The position numbers and the translations under genes were made by a program. From positions 1,094,214 to 1,158,213 of the forward strand of contig CBDCWV010000018.1 of assembly GCA_965223565.1 (NCBI GenBank): DNA of 64,000 bases, read 5' to 3'. Of this stretch, positions 43,784 to 53,942 are shown one piece after another; the first letter of the stretch is position 1; every line of letters starts with the position of its first letter. The notes below the pieces were generated by a model. That model was not told the DNA's origin, ran no database searches, and saw only the letters and a list, made by a program, of their open reading frames with translations. This DNA is from Myxococcota bacterium (GTDB lineage: Bacteria; Myxococcota_A; UBA9160; UBA4427).

Positions 43784-45289
43784 GTGAGTTTCGGGTCGCC
43801 GCGTGAGATCGCGGTTCTCGTCGTCTCCCTCTCGCTCTTCACGATTCCGTCGGCTGCTGCCGAGCGCGACCAGGATCTGCTCGAGGTCCTCCGTGCGAAC
43901 GGGTCGATCACCCAGGACCAGTACGAATCGCTCTCGGACCCGGACGAGCCCTCTGCGGGGGGCGGATCGAACGAGGTCGAGGCCCCGTCCCTCCCGTCCG
44001 TCTCGTCGTCTCACGGTGGGTCCAGCGTCGGCGAAGAGGCCGAGGCACTCGACGAACGTGTCACCGATCGGATCGCCAATGCGATCGCCAAGAAGGTCGA
44101 GGAAGAGTTCCCGATCAAGGCGAGCTATGGCAGCAAGGGCTTCCGCCTCGAGACGCGCGACGGCAACTGGCAGACGAATCTCCAGTGGCGCTTTCAATTC
44201 CGGCTCACCTGGCCCACGCGTGGCGACCCCCGCCAGGTCGACAATTTCTCGGCACGTGAGAAGGTCAGCTTCGAGGCGCGGCGCCTTCGGATGAAGATCG
44301 GTGGCCACGGCTACCGGCCGTGGCTCAAGTACTACTTCGAGGTCGACCTCCAGCCGACGCGCGATACCGACGACTCGAGCTCGAACGCGAGTGCCCGCGT
44401 GATCGACTGGCGGGTCGACGTTGCCAAGTGGAAGCAATTCGGCATCCGGGCCGGCCAATGGAAGATCGATTACAACCGCGAGCGCGTCGATTCTTCGGGT
44501 CGCCAGCAATTCGTCGAACGCTCGATCGTGAACGGCATCTTCACGATCGATCGCCAGGTGGGTGTGAGCTTTCGTGGACATCTCTTCGAGGGCACGCCCG
44601 CGGACATGCGTTACTACCTCGGCGTCTTTACCGGTGAGGGACGCGGTGTCGCGAACGACGACAACAACTTGATGTACGTGGGTCGGATCCAGTGGAATTT
44701 TCTCGGACGCGACCTCGGGCTTCGCCAGACCGACGTCGAACGAACGGAGAAGCCCACGGGCAGCCTCGCCTTCGGTGCCGCCAAGCACACCGGAGTCTGC
44801 ACCCGATGGTCCTCGAGCGGTTGTGGCAACCTGGATGGCTTCGAGAGTCCGGCTGACGCGAGGCAGGGCCAGTACAGGGTCTACCAGGCAGTGCAGGAGC
44901 TCGCCTTCAAATGGCAGGGCTTCTCGCTCCAGCAGGAGTTCCACTGGAAGCGCGTGACCGATCGAACCTTCGACACCAACGACCCCAACCACGAGAGCGA
45001 TCTCTACGGGCTCTACGCGCAGACGGGCTACTTCTTCAACGAGCTCTTCGATTGTTTCCCGGAGCCACTCGAGCTTGCCTTCCGCTACGCCTGGGTACGT
45101 GAACCCAATGAGGTCGATCGGCTGGTGGAGAACCACCGCCAGGAATTCACGGCCGGCGCCAACTGGTTCTTTGCCGGTCACAACAACAAGCTCACGCTCG
45201 ACTACTCGTTTCTGACGCTCGACGACGACGTCCTGTCGAGGGACGTCTCGGACCATCGCGTTCGATTCCAGTGGGACATCTCGTTCTGA
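43784..45289 (+). CDS. Phosphate-selective porin O/P (OprO/OprP-like) family porin
   Basis: GTG start with AGGAGG 7 nt upstream. Signal ...LFTIPSAAA. Contains GFRLETRDGNWQTNLQWRFQFR and ...NKLTLDYSFLT, and ends ...RFQWDISF. Confidence 0.8.
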   Translation: MSFGSPREIAVLVVSLSLFTIPSAAAERDQDLLEVLRANGSITQDQYESLSDPDEPSAGGGSNEVEAPSLPSVSSSHGGSSVGEEAEALDERVTDRIANAIAKKVEEEFPIKASYGSKGFRLETRDGNWQTNLQWRFQFRLTWPTRGDPRQVDNFSAREKVSFEARRLRMKIGGHGYRPWLKYYFEVDLQPTRDTDDSSSNASARVIDWRVDVAKWKQFGIRAGQWKIDYNRERVDSSGRQQFVERSIVNGIFTIDRQVGVSFRGHLFEGTPADMRYYLGVFTGEGRGVANDDNNLMYVGRIQWNFLGRDLGLRQTDVERTEKPTGSLAFGAAKHTGVCTRWSSSGCGNLDGFESPADARQGQYRVYQAVQELAFKWQGFSLQQEFHWKRVTDRTFDTNDPNHESDLYGLYAQTGYFFNELFDCFPEPLELAFRYAWVREPNEVDRLVENHRQEFTAGANWFFAGHNNKLTLDYSFLTLDDDVLSRDVSDHRVRFQWDISF

Positions 45290-45326
45290 TCCACCTACCT
45301 TCGACGCTCGGTAGGGGAGGACTGGG

Positions 45327-46058
45327 ATGGAGATCGAGATCGATTCGCAGGGGACGAAGATCCCCGCCGAGCGTGTCGTCCCTCCAGTGGGAACCCACCC
45401 GGGGGTCGTCGTCGTCCACGACGGCAGGGGCTTCGGTTCCCATGCGATCGGGGTCGCGAACGAGCTCGCGAATGCGGGCTACGCGGCACTCGCGGTCGAT
45501 CTCTTTGGTCGGGGAGCACCCCCGCCCGGACTCTCTAACGAGGAGCTGCTCGCATTCCTGCGCGGCGTCCCCGACGCCCAGATCATCAGCGACCTACAGG
45601 CGGCGATCGACTCGCTCTCCGAGGATCCCGCCGTGCAGGGCAAGCCGATCGGAATCGTCGGCTATTGCTGGGGCGGCGCGTGCACCTTTCTGGCCTCCGC
45701 CCATTGCACGGGCTTGTCGGTCGCGGTGAGCTGGTATGGGGAGCTGCGAACCGAGGAGCTGAACGACAAACATCCGGAGCATCCCCTCGACGCGGTCGAT
45801 GCCCGTCGGTGTCCCGTACTCGCGCTCTTCGCCGAGTGCGATCCGTATGTTCCGATCGCGTTCGTCGACGAGCTTCGTGCGCGCGCGTCGCGAAATCCGA
45901 TCGAGCTGGAGGTCGTCGTCTACCCCGAGCTCGACCACGGCTTCGCGCATCGCGGTCGGGATCACTTCGACCAAGCCGGTCACGACGATGGTTGGGCGCG
46001 AATCCGCAAGCTCTTCGGCCGCACGCTCGGAACGGAAGGATCTTCGCCTTCGGAATAG
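45327..46058 (+). CDS. Dienelactone hydrolase family protein
   Basis: GVVVVHDGRGF..., nucleophile elbow GIVGYCWGG, and LDHGFAH. Confidence 0.85.
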   Translation: MEIEIDSQGTKIPAERVVPPVGTHPGVVVVHDGRGFGSHAIGVANELANAGYAALAVDLFGRGAPPPGLSNEELLAFLRGVPDAQIISDLQAAIDSLSEDPAVQGKPIGIVGYCWGGACTFLASAHCTGLSVAVSWYGELRTEELNDKHPEHPLDAVDARRCPVLALFAECDPYVPIAFVDELRARASRNPIELEVVVYPELDHGFAHRGRDHFDQAGHDDGWARIRKLFGRTLGTEGSSPSE

Positions 46059-46115
46059 CCGACGCGTCCGGGCTGATCGCGGAAGGCCCCGCCAGAGCCA
46101 GGAAACGCACGGTCC

Positions 46116-47414
46116 TCATTGCAATCGGCGCATCGGTCCGAACGAGACCGTGAACCATGCGCTCATGACGAGCAGCGCTGCGCCCATTCCGGCGAACGCG
46201 ATCCGTGCGCCGAGCGTCTCGGACGCGACTCCGAACGCGAAGGTGCCGAGCTGTGCCGCGTTCATCTGCATCGCGACCAGGCTCATGACCCTCCCGCGGA
46301 ACGCGTCGTCGACGTAGGTCTGCGAGAGGACGTTCGAGAGCGAGTTGCGCAGCGATTGACCCGCGCCGATGCAGAGCAGCAACGGGAAGCTCGACCATAC
46401 GGACTCGGAGAACGCGAAGGCGACGACGGCCAGGCCCAGCGCGGCGTTGCCGAGCAGGACCGTGCGACCCCGGCTGCGCGCGCGCATGGATGCGATGAAG
46501 AGCGTGCAGCCGAGGGCACCCAGGCTGACGATGCTCATCATCGAGCCGAGTACTTCGGGGCCGCCACCGAGGACCTGTTTCACGAATCCCGGGAGCAGGT
46601 GCATGAAGGGCATGGAGAGGAACGTGAAGACGACATTGCTGACGAGCAGCATCCAGACGGCGGGTCGTCGAACGACGTAGCGCCATCCCTCGCGCATCGA
46701 CGCGATCGGGCTCTGGGAGGCGGGTGGCGGGGGGCCATCGACCGGGGAGCGCGTCCCTGCTGAGTCCGTGGCCTGTCGTTCGGTCACGCGATGAGCCCGC
46801 GCGAGTGCCAGCACGGCTGCCGCGAACATCGCTCCGATCGCGAAGTAGACGTGCTCGGTATCCGTCACACCGAGCGCAAAGCCGCAGGCCGCGGGCATCA
46901 CGAGGCGCACGACGTTCATTCCACCCATGTTGAGGGCGGCTGCATTCATCAGGCGTTGTGGTCCGACGATCTCGGGGATGATCGATTGCCAGGACGGAGC
47001 AAGCATTCCGAAGATGCCGCCCTGGGCGAAGGTCGAAACGAGCAGGTGCCAGAACTCGAGCCGGTCGAGATAGAGCAGAGTGCCGACTCCGAAAGCGAAG
47101 CCCGCCATCAGGCTCTGACCGATCTGGACGACGCGGAACTTCGGCCAACGATCGGCGATCACGCCCCCGTAGAGCGTCGCCAGGATTCCGGGGACGACGG
47201 CCGCCAATCCGAGCCCGCCGAGCGCGGTGTAGGAGCCGGTCAGCTCGAAGACGAGATAGCCACGGACGAGGATCAGACTGTTCGTGGCACCGAAAACGCC
47301 GAGCGAGGCGATGAAGAACCAGCGAAAGCCCTCGTCCGAGAGCGAGTCGAAGGTTCGGCGACGGCCGTCCATCTCGGGCGCGGTCGGCGGACAGGGGGGC
47401 GCGGGCTGCTTCAT
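46116..47414 (-). CDS. MFS transporter
   Basis: 432 aa with 12 predicted TM segments and an MFS-like GGVIADRWPKFRV loop. Confidence 0.85.
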   Translation of the reverse strand: MKQPAPPCPPTAPEMDGRRRTFDSLSDEGFRWFFIASLGVFGATNSLILVRGYLVFELTGSYTALGGLGLAAVVPGILATLYGGVIADRWPKFRVVQIGQSLMAGFAFGVGTLLYLDRLEFWHLLVSTFAQGGIFGMLAPSWQSIIPEIVGPQRLMNAAALNMGGMNVVRLVMPAACGFALGVTDTEHVYFAIGAMFAAAVLALARAHRVTERQATDSAGTRSPVDGPPPPASQSPIASMREGWRYVVRRPAVWMLLVSNVVFTFLSMPFMHLLPGFVKQVLGGGPEVLGSMMSIVSLGALGCTLFIASMRARSRGRTVLLGNAALGLAVVAFAFSESVWSSFPLLLCIGAGQSLRNSLSNVLSQTYVDDAFRGRVMSLVAMQMNAAQLGTFAFGVASETLGARIAFAGMGAALLVMSAWFTVSFGPMRRLQ

Positions 47415-47506
47415 TCGACGTCAGCGGGCCCGGCCCAGCGTTCGTGTGCGATCGCTCCGACGCGCCGCGGTCGTCGGGGACCCGTCACGGGGCGTGGCGT
47501 GGGCGT

Positions 47507-47953
47507 TCATCTCGCGCCGCCTTGCGACGGAACGCTCGCCTCGGGCTCGGGTAGGATCGTGATGCCGCGCGCCTCGATCAAGCGACGAAATCCCTCGACG
47601 TCTTCCGAGACGTGTCCCGTCTCGCCGTCGAAGACCTCGAAGAGGACCGTTCCTTCGGGACCCGCGACGAGGGGCCCGAAGGGGGTTCCCCGCTCGAGGA
47701 CGATCGTCGTGCCGGCGGGGCAGATCCGGTCGTCCACTCTCAGCTCGCCCTCGATCACGAAGACGACCTCGTTCGAGAGGTGGCTGTGCCTCTCGATGAC
47801 GAGTCCGGGGTCGTAGCGGGTGTAGACGACGACCCGCTCGGGCGACTCTTCGATGATTCTCAGATGGCCTGCGACGCGGCGGTCGCCATGCAGCTGGGGT
47901 CGGACCTCGATCCGTCGCCCTCCGTCCTCGGGTGTGATGCGCAATCCAGCCAT
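47507..47953 (-). CDS. Cupin-domain protein
   Basis: 148 aa. ...IERHSHLSNEVVFVIEGEL... fits the cupin motif-1 pattern. Confidence 0.7.
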   Translation of the reverse strand: MAGLRITPEDGGRRIEVRPQLHGDRRVAGHLRIIEESPERVVVYTRYDPGLVIERHSHLSNEVVFVIEGELRVDDRICPAGTTIVLERGTPFGPLVAGPEGTVLFEVFDGETGHVSEDVEGFRRLIEARGITILPEPEASVPSQGGAR

Positions 47954-48122
47954 CTTAACCTTCCTCGCCCGCCGAGAGAGCGACGCCCTCGATCCGTGTG
48001 TCCCGTCGAGTGGAGGATAGGCTCGTCAGGCTGCGAGTCGATCGGGCCGATTCACGGCGCGTCGATCTGCTCTAGCCTTGCGCGGCAGCCACCTTGCCGC
48101 TCTCCGTCCATGGAGGACCGTG

Positions 48123-48833
48123 ATGAACGACCCGCCCGTCTACGATCACGATCCGATCGAGGAGATCCAGCCGGATGTCTTCATGGTTCGCGGCTCGATC
48201 AAGCTGAACGCGCTGATGACGATCACGCGTAACATGGCCATCGTCCGACACGCGGGAGAGCTCACGCTCGTCGACCCGATTCGTCTGTCGGCTGCCGAAG
48301 AAGAGCGGCTCGACGCGCTGGGTGTGGTCAAGCGCGTACTCCGACTCGGCTCGATGCATGGGGTCGACGATCCCTACTACGTCGGACGCTACGGCGCGGA
48401 GCTCTGGGCGCCGGGGCCCTCCGACATGTACCCCGCACCGGAGCCGACGGTCGTCTTCGACGAAGCGACTGCACTTCCGTTTCCCGACGCGGAGATCTTT
48501 CGCTTCGAGGGGGTCGCGCAGCCTGAGGCGGCGCTCTTGCTGCGGCGCGGAAGAGGCCTCCTCATCACCTGCGATGCGATCCAGAACTACGGTGACTACC
48601 GATTCAACAATCTGCCCGCGCGTCTGCTCATGCCTTTCATCGGGTTTCCCAAGACTACGCTCATCGGGCCCATGTGGATCAAGCTGATGACACCCGAAGG
48701 CGAGACTCTCGAGAGCGAGTTTCGTCGCTTGCTCGCGCTCGAATTCGATCAGCTGCTCTCGGCACACGGGAGCCTGCTCGAGACGAATGCTCACGAGGCC
48801 TGTGAGCGGGCGGTTCAGAAGATCTTCTCCTGA
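48123..48833 (+). CDS. Hypothetical protein, possibly MBL-fold-like (DUF4336-like)
   Basis: GGAGGA Shine-Dalgarno before ATG 48123. 236 aa. The fold assignment is only my recollection of a similar family and was not verified. Confidence 0.55.
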   Translation: MNDPPVYDHDPIEEIQPDVFMVRGSIKLNALMTITRNMAIVRHAGELTLVDPIRLSAAEEERLDALGVVKRVLRLGSMHGVDDPYYVGRYGAELWAPGPSDMYPAPEPTVVFDEATALPFPDAEIFRFEGVAQPEAALLLRRGRGLLITCDAIQNYGDYRFNNLPARLLMPFIGFPKTTLIGPMWIKLMTPEGETLESEFRRLLALEFDQLLSAHGSLLETNAHEACERAVQKIFS

Positions 48834-48849
48834 TTCCGCTTGCAGCCGA

Positions 48850-49635
48850 TCAAGCCCGCTGATCACTCACCGAGACCGATTCTCCCGTCATGTAGCTCGC
48901 GAGATCCGACGCGAGAAAGACGATCGCGTTGGCGACCTCCCATGCCTCGGCGGATCGCTTCATGGCCTCCTTCTCGACGAGCGATTCGAGGAATTCCGGG
49001 CTGCTGACCCTCGCCAGGTTGGGGTGGAGAACGAGGCTCGGAACGACCGTGTTCACGCGGACGCCAGCGGGTGCGGCTTCCATCGCACATGCTCGCGTGA
49101 GCGCATGGACGCCTGCCTTCGCCGCCGCGTAATGGGCCTGGCCCGCCTGCGCACGCCAGCCCACGGCGCTCCCCAGATTCACGATCGAGCCCCGGCGCCG
49201 CGGAATCATGTGGCGCAGTGCGGCGCGTACACATCGAAACGTACCTGTGAGCGTCACGTCGAGAACGGTATCCCATTGCGCGTCCGTCATGTCCGTGACG
49301 CGTTGTGTTCCGCCGAGCCCCGCATTGTTGACGAGCACGTCGACATGGCCCAGCTCGGAGATGGCCCTCTCGAACATGCTGCTCACATGATCTTCGTTGC
49401 GAACGTCACACACGATCGATGGGACGCGCTGGCCCGTTTCCCGTTCGAGGGCTGCTGCATATTCGGATAGGCGCGCCTCGTGTTTGTCGGAGAGCATCAC
49501 GACAGCACCCTCTTCGGCACAGCGCCGCGCGGTCGCGAAGCCGATTCCGGTACCGGCAGCGGCTGTCACGAGAACCGTCTTTCCCTGGAGCAGAGCGTGT
49601 CCGAGCGGGTAGGGCGGAGCGGCGCCTCCGCGCAT
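48850..49635 (-). CDS. SDR-family oxidoreductase (3-oxoacyl reductase-like)
   Basis: GKTVLVTAAAGTGIG, NNAG and YAAAK motifs. The start overlaps the stop of the upstream crotonase gene. Confidence 0.9.
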   Translation of the reverse strand: MRGGAAPPYPLGHALLQGKTVLVTAAAGTGIGFATARRCAEEGAVVMLSDKHEARLSEYAAALERETGQRVPSIVCDVRNEDHVSSMFERAISELGHVDVLVNNAGLGGTQRVTDMTDAQWDTVLDVTLTGTFRCVRAALRHMIPRRRGSIVNLGSAVGWRAQAGQAHYAAAKAGVHALTRACAMEAAPAGVRVNTVVPSLVLHPNLARVSSPEFLESLVEKEAMKRSAEAWEVANAIVFLASDLASYMTGESVSVSDQRA

Positions 49636-50471
49636 CAGCGGCTCTCGGCCGATCGATTCTGCCAGGCCAGAGCGGCCTTCAGCCCATCGCGCTCAGCGAT
49701 CCGAGCAAATTCCTGGGCGGCGGGGGATCGGTGTGCGATCGCATCGGACTCACGCGCGAGCTCCTGCAGCATCGTTCGCCCCATGAGGTCGATCGCCTTG
49801 TTGCAGATCGACTTGTTCTGGGCCACCAGGTCGTAGGGAACCTGCGCGATGTCCGTCGCGAGGGCGTGCACGGTTTCGTCCAGCTCTCGCGGCGCGACCG
49901 CTTGCATCACGAGTCCGATACGTTCCGCCGTTCGGCCGTCGATCATCCCGCCCGTCAGCAGGAGCCGCTTCGCCCACTGCGGCCCGACCATGTAGGTCCA
50001 CATGTGTGTCGAGGGCGAGCCCATCGATCTCACCGCCGGGAACCCGAGCTGGGCGTCCTCACTCGCGACGATCATGTCGCAATTGAGCGCCATATCGGTT
50101 CCACCGGCCAGGCAATAGCCGTGGACCTTGACGATGATCGGTTTCGTCAGGCTCCACAGATTCGACCAGCGACCGGATCGTGCGGTCAGGTCGTTGATGT
50201 CCTGCCGGATCGTGAGCTCCGACGGCGCGCGGGCTCCGTGGTCGACGACGTCGGTGTCGCTCTTGGGTGTGAGGTCCCATCCCGAGCAGAACGCGCGTCC
50301 GGCTCCCTGGAGCACCAGGCAGCCGACCTCCTCGTCCGCTTCGGCCGCCTTCGTGGCGTCGAGAAGCTCCTGCATCAGATCGGTCGTGAGGGCGTTCAGC
50401 TTCTCCGGCCGGTTCAGTGTGAGATACGCGACGCGGTCTCGCGTCTCGGTCAGGACGTTCTCGGATCGCAT
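49635..50471 (-). CDS. Enoyl-CoA hydratase/isomerase family protein
   Basis: The internal ATG 50471 gives MRSENVLTETRDRVAYLTLNRPEKLNAL...GAGRAFCSGWD...VHGYCLAGG. Confidence 0.85.
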   Translation of the reverse strand: MRSENVLTETRDRVAYLTLNRPEKLNALTTDLMQELLDATKAAEADEEVGCLVLQGAGRAFCSGWDLTPKSDTDVVDHGARAPSELTIRQDINDLTARSGRWSNLWSLTKPIIVKVHGYCLAGGTDMALNCDMIVASEDAQLGFPAVRSMGSPSTHMWTYMVGPQWAKRLLLTGGMIDGRTAERIGLVMQAVAPRELDETVHALATDIAQVPYDLVAQNKSICNKAIDLMGRTMLQELARESDAIAHRSPAAQEFARIAERDGLKAALAWQNRSAESR

Positions 50472-50535
50472 CTCGAATTCTCCCCGCGCCAGATCCCGGA
50501 GTGATGATACCCTCGAAAGGTACCAGGAGAGTGCC

Positions 50536-51840
50536 ATGCACGAGCCGCTCCCGTTCCAGATCAATGACGCCGACAATCATTTCGTCGAGCCGGAGGACAT
50601 GTACGAGCGGTACATCGACCCGCGATTTCGAGACAAGGCGGTCCGCTTCGTTCGGGGATCCGACGGCCGACGCGTCCAGCTCTTTGGAGATCGACCTTCG
50701 AAGCTCGCCTTCACCCGCGAATCGGCTCCGCAGACCGAGCAGGAGCTCGAGACCCTTGCGACGACGGCGGCGGCCGACGCGCGGGCCGACGCACCGAGGC
50801 CGGGAGACGGGGGCGCGCGCTCTCCCGGAATGTTCCTCAATCGCCTGAATCCCTACAAAGGCCTCGATGAAGCCGAACGCAAGGCGCTGATTCGCGATTT
50901 CAAGGAGCAGGAGGCGGCGTGGGGCGATCGTGATCGCCGCCTCGCTCTGATGGACGAGCAGGGGATCGATGCCGCTTTGATGTTTCCGGGCCACGTGCTC
51001 AGCCTCGAGTACGAGTTCCAGGACGACGTCGACGCTATCCACGCCAATGCGCGGGCATATAATCGCTGGATCTTCGATGAGGTCGGCTATTCCCATCAGG
51101 ATCGCATGTTCCTGCCGCCTTATGTTCCGCTGGCGGACATCGACCTCGCGGTCGAAGAAGTCGAACGCGTGATCGCCGAGGGGGCGCGCGTCGTCGGCTT
51201 CATCTCGGGCCACGTCCATGGCGGACGGAAGAATCCACGCGGCGGACGCTCGATCGCGGATCCCGTCTTCGACCCCGTTTGGTCGCGAATCGACGAGGCG
51301 AACGTCCGCGTTGCCACGCATGTCGGTCCGACCGACTATCAGAAATACGGGGCCGACTTGAGCGAGGACCCGGAGGCGGTGCTCGGAAGCTTCGATGGAC
51401 TGCAATGGGCGCTCTACTGGTGCGACCGACCGGCCATGGAGACCGTGACCAGCATGATCATGCACGGGCTCTTCGATCGCTTTCCGAATATCCATGTCTG
51501 TCTGGCAGAGCAGGGCACGCCGTGGCTTCCCTACCTGCTCCGCAAGCTCGATCATGCGTTCCTGATGGGACGCAAGGCGCGTTGGGGCTCGCTCGATCGA
51601 CGGCCGAGCGAGCTCTTCCGAGAACATTTCGTCGTCGCACCGTTTCCGGAGGAGAACGTCGAGCGAGTTGTGGCGGAGGTCGGTATCGAGCCGATCGTGT
51701 TCGGGTCGGATTTTCCGCACGGGGAGGGGCTCGCCTTTCCGAGCCAATACGTCTCCGCCCAGCTCGGAGGCTTCTCGCAAGAGCAGATCGAGGCGATCAT
51801 GCGCGACAATTTGGCGCGATTCCTGATGCTCGATCGATGA
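50536..51840 (+). CDS. Amidohydrolase-2 family protein
   Basis: AGGAGA Shine-Dalgarno. Contains MHEPLPFQINDADNHFVEPEDMY... and ...VFGSDFPHGEG. Upstream track-ORF codons are a shadow of the crotonase gene. Confidence 0.85.
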   Translation: MHEPLPFQINDADNHFVEPEDMYERYIDPRFRDKAVRFVRGSDGRRVQLFGDRPSKLAFTRESAPQTEQELETLATTAAADARADAPRPGDGGARSPGMFLNRLNPYKGLDEAERKALIRDFKEQEAAWGDRDRRLALMDEQGIDAALMFPGHVLSLEYEFQDDVDAIHANARAYNRWIFDEVGYSHQDRMFLPPYVPLADIDLAVEEVERVIAEGARVVGFISGHVHGGRKNPRGGRSIADPVFDPVWSRIDEANVRVATHVGPTDYQKYGADLSEDPEAVLGSFDGLQWALYWCDRPAMETVTSMIMHGLFDRFPNIHVCLAEQGTPWLPYLLRKLDHAFLMGRKARWGSLDRRPSELFREHFVVAPFPEENVERVVAEVGIEPIVFGSDFPHGEGLAFPSQYVSAQLGGFSQEQIEAIMRDNLARFLMLDR

Positions 51841-53941
51841 TGCTCGTGGGTGTCGGTACGAGCCCCTTCGCGTCGAGCTCGATCACGCGATCGGCACTCG
51901 CGTAGGTCTCCGGCCGATGGGCCACGATCAGGCGGGTGAGCGCGAGCTGACTCACGGCCTGATTCACGCGCTGCTCCCGCGCGGTGTCGAGATGGCTCGT
52001 CGCTTCGTCGAGAACCAGAATCGCTGGCGCTTTGTAGAGCGCGCGCGCCAGCAAAACGCGTTGCTTCTGGCCTCCGGAGAGGACGGTCCCCATGTCGCCG
52101 ATCAGCGTGTTGTAGGCCATCGGCATGGCAGAGACGTCTTCGTGGACGGCGGCGCGTTCGGCGCACGTCTCGATCCGTGCGTGATCGGGTGTCGGGTCGA
52201 AGAAGCTGATGTTGTCGGCGATCGATCCGGCGAAGAGCTGATCCTCCTGCATGACGGTTCCGATCATGTCGCGATATCCGGGTCCCAGCGCGGAGATGTC
52301 TACGCCGCCGACGCGAATCTCGCCCTCGACGGGCGTGAGCAGGCCGAGAATCAGCTTCAGGAGTGTCGTCTTGCCGCAGCCGGACGGGCCGATGATCGCG
52401 ACCGATTTCCCCGCGTCGATCTCGAAGCTCACGTTCTCTAGGACGAGCGGCTCGGACTCCGAATAGCGAAAGCTGACGCCCCGTACCTCGATTCCCGCCG
52501 CGGCTTCCGTCTCGCGACGCGAGCTCATTGAGGACTCGGCTTCGGGCGCGGTGAGTGCGATGTCGGCGACTCGCTCCGTATGGAGGCCGAGCATCTTCAG
52601 CTCGATCGCGTTCTCGATCAGACTCGACACGCGTTCCGAGAACTGCTGCTTGTAGGCCATGAACGCGAAGAGCATGCCGACCGAGAAGCCGCCGTTCAGC
52701 ACGGCCAGCGCGCCGAGCCAGACGACCGCGACGTTCTCGATGCTGAACAGACCCCCGTTCGCCCCTTCGTACAGGATCTCGAGCTTCTGCGTGCGGATGT
52801 CGGCATTGATGTTGTCCACCAGCAGGTTCTGATGCGCGACGGAGCGCTGTGTCTCGCGGCGGAAGAGCTTGACGCTCTGCATGCCGCGTAGGGTCTCGAG
52901 GAAGTAGGTCTGCTGACGCGCGGCATGGGCGATCTGCTCCTCCTGCGCCTGGCGTAGCGGCCTGAACAGGGCCCATCGAAGTGCCGCGTAGAGAACGACC
53001 GCGGCGCAGACCACCGCGGTCAGTCGCCAGCTGTAGACGAGCATCATTCCCAACGTGATGACCGCCATCAGACCGTCGACGATCGCCTCGATCAGATTCG
53101 AGGTCAGGCCGGACTGAATCGCCTGGAGAGACTCGAAGCGCGACGCGATGTCGCCGAGATGGCGCTTCTCGAAGAAGCGCATTGGCAGCTTCAACAGGTG
53201 ACGAAACAGCCGATCGGCCATTCGCAGGCTCAGGCCCGTGCTGAGGGTCATCACGACCCAGGCGCGCAATGCGCTGACGCCAGTGTGGACGATGGCGAGC
53301 AGGAGAAATCCCATGCCCAATACGACGAGGAAATGTCGGTCTCCACCGACGAGTGCATCGTCGACGACCAGCTGCATGAAGAGGGGGCTCGCGATCGCGA
53401 AGACCTCGAGCGCCGCTGCGAGGACGAGAATCTGGGCCATCGCGCCGCGCGCGCCGGGCAGCCGGCCGACCAGATCTCGCAGGGCCACGTTCCGGCGTTC
53501 GACTCTGGGTTCGAATGCTTCGGTCGGAGCGAGCTCCAGGGCGACGCCGGTGAAATGTTTCGAGGCCTCGGCCAGGCTGAGTCTTCGCGTGCCGCGGGCA
53601 GGGTCGTGGATGAAGACGTGGCCACGGTGCACGCGTTCGACGACCACGAAGTGGTTGAAATCCCAATGCAGGATGGCCGGTAGGTCGAGCCGTTTCAATT
53701 CGTCGAGATCGACTCTGACGGCACGCGGGGCGAGCTGCATTCGAAGCGCGATCTCCATCAGCTGCGCGAGTGTCGATCCCTTGAGCGAGAGTGGATGGTG
53801 ACCGCGCAGACTGGTGAGATCCGTGCGGTATCCGTGGTATCCGGCAACCATCGCGAGACAGGCCAGACCGCATTCTGCGGCCTCGGCCTGCAGGACGAGG
53901 GGAAGGCTCCTGCGACTGGAGAATTTCAACGAGCTGCGCAT
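51797..53941 (-). CDS. Peptidase C39 domain-containing ABC exporter (bacteriocin/microcin-type, CvaB/LagD-like)
   Basis: N-terminal LQAEAAECGLACLAMVAGYHG (Cys), HWDFNHFVVV (His) and FIHDP (Asp). Six-TM domain. Walker A GPSGCGKTT, signature LSGGQKQR, Walker B ILVLDEATS. Confidence 0.92.
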   Translation of the reverse strand: MRSSLKFSSRRSLPLVLQAEAAECGLACLAMVAGYHGYRTDLTSLRGHHPLSLKGSTLAQLMEIALRMQLAPRAVRVDLDELKRLDLPAILHWDFNHFVVVERVHRGHVFIHDPARGTRRLSLAEASKHFTGVALELAPTEAFEPRVERRNVALRDLVGRLPGARGAMAQILVLAAALEVFAIASPLFMQLVVDDALVGGDRHFLVVLGMGFLLLAIVHTGVSALRAWVVMTLSTGLSLRMADRLFRHLLKLPMRFFEKRHLGDIASRFESLQAIQSGLTSNLIEAIVDGLMAVITLGMMLVYSWRLTAVVCAAVVLYAALRWALFRPLRQAQEEQIAHAARQQTYFLETLRGMQSVKLFRRETQRSVAHQNLLVDNINADIRTQKLEILYEGANGGLFSIENVAVVWLGALAVLNGGFSVGMLFAFMAYKQQFSERVSSLIENAIELKMLGLHTERVADIALTAPEAESSMSSRRETEAAAGIEVRGVSFRYSESEPLVLENVSFEIDAGKSVAIIGPSGCGKTTLLKLILGLLTPVEGEIRVGGVDISALGPGYRDMIGTVMQEDQLFAGSIADNISFFDPTPDHARIETCAERAAVHEDVSAMPMAYNTLIGDMGTVLSGGQKQRVLLARALYKAPAILVLDEATSHLDTAREQRVNQAVSQLALTRLIVAHRPETYASADRVIELDAKGLVPTPTSIIDRASGIAPNCRA

Positions 53942-53942
53942 C

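Noticed and set aside
43604-45256. The upstream 551 codons of the 770-aa minus-strand ORF (42944..45256)
   Set aside because: It is antisense to a well-supported OprO/P-type porin gene (43784..45289) and has Val/Glu/Arg/Leu-rich composition typical of a shadow frame in high-GC DNA. Only the last 219 codons, which have their own Shine-Dalgarno, are kept as a low-confidence CDS.
51552-53873. 773-aa minus-strand ORF and the 573-aa ORF at 50059..51780
   Set aside because: These are alternative-frame or antisense shadows of the C39-ABC exporter and amidohydrolase genes. Their Arg/Pro/Ser-dominated low-complexity translation has no motifs.
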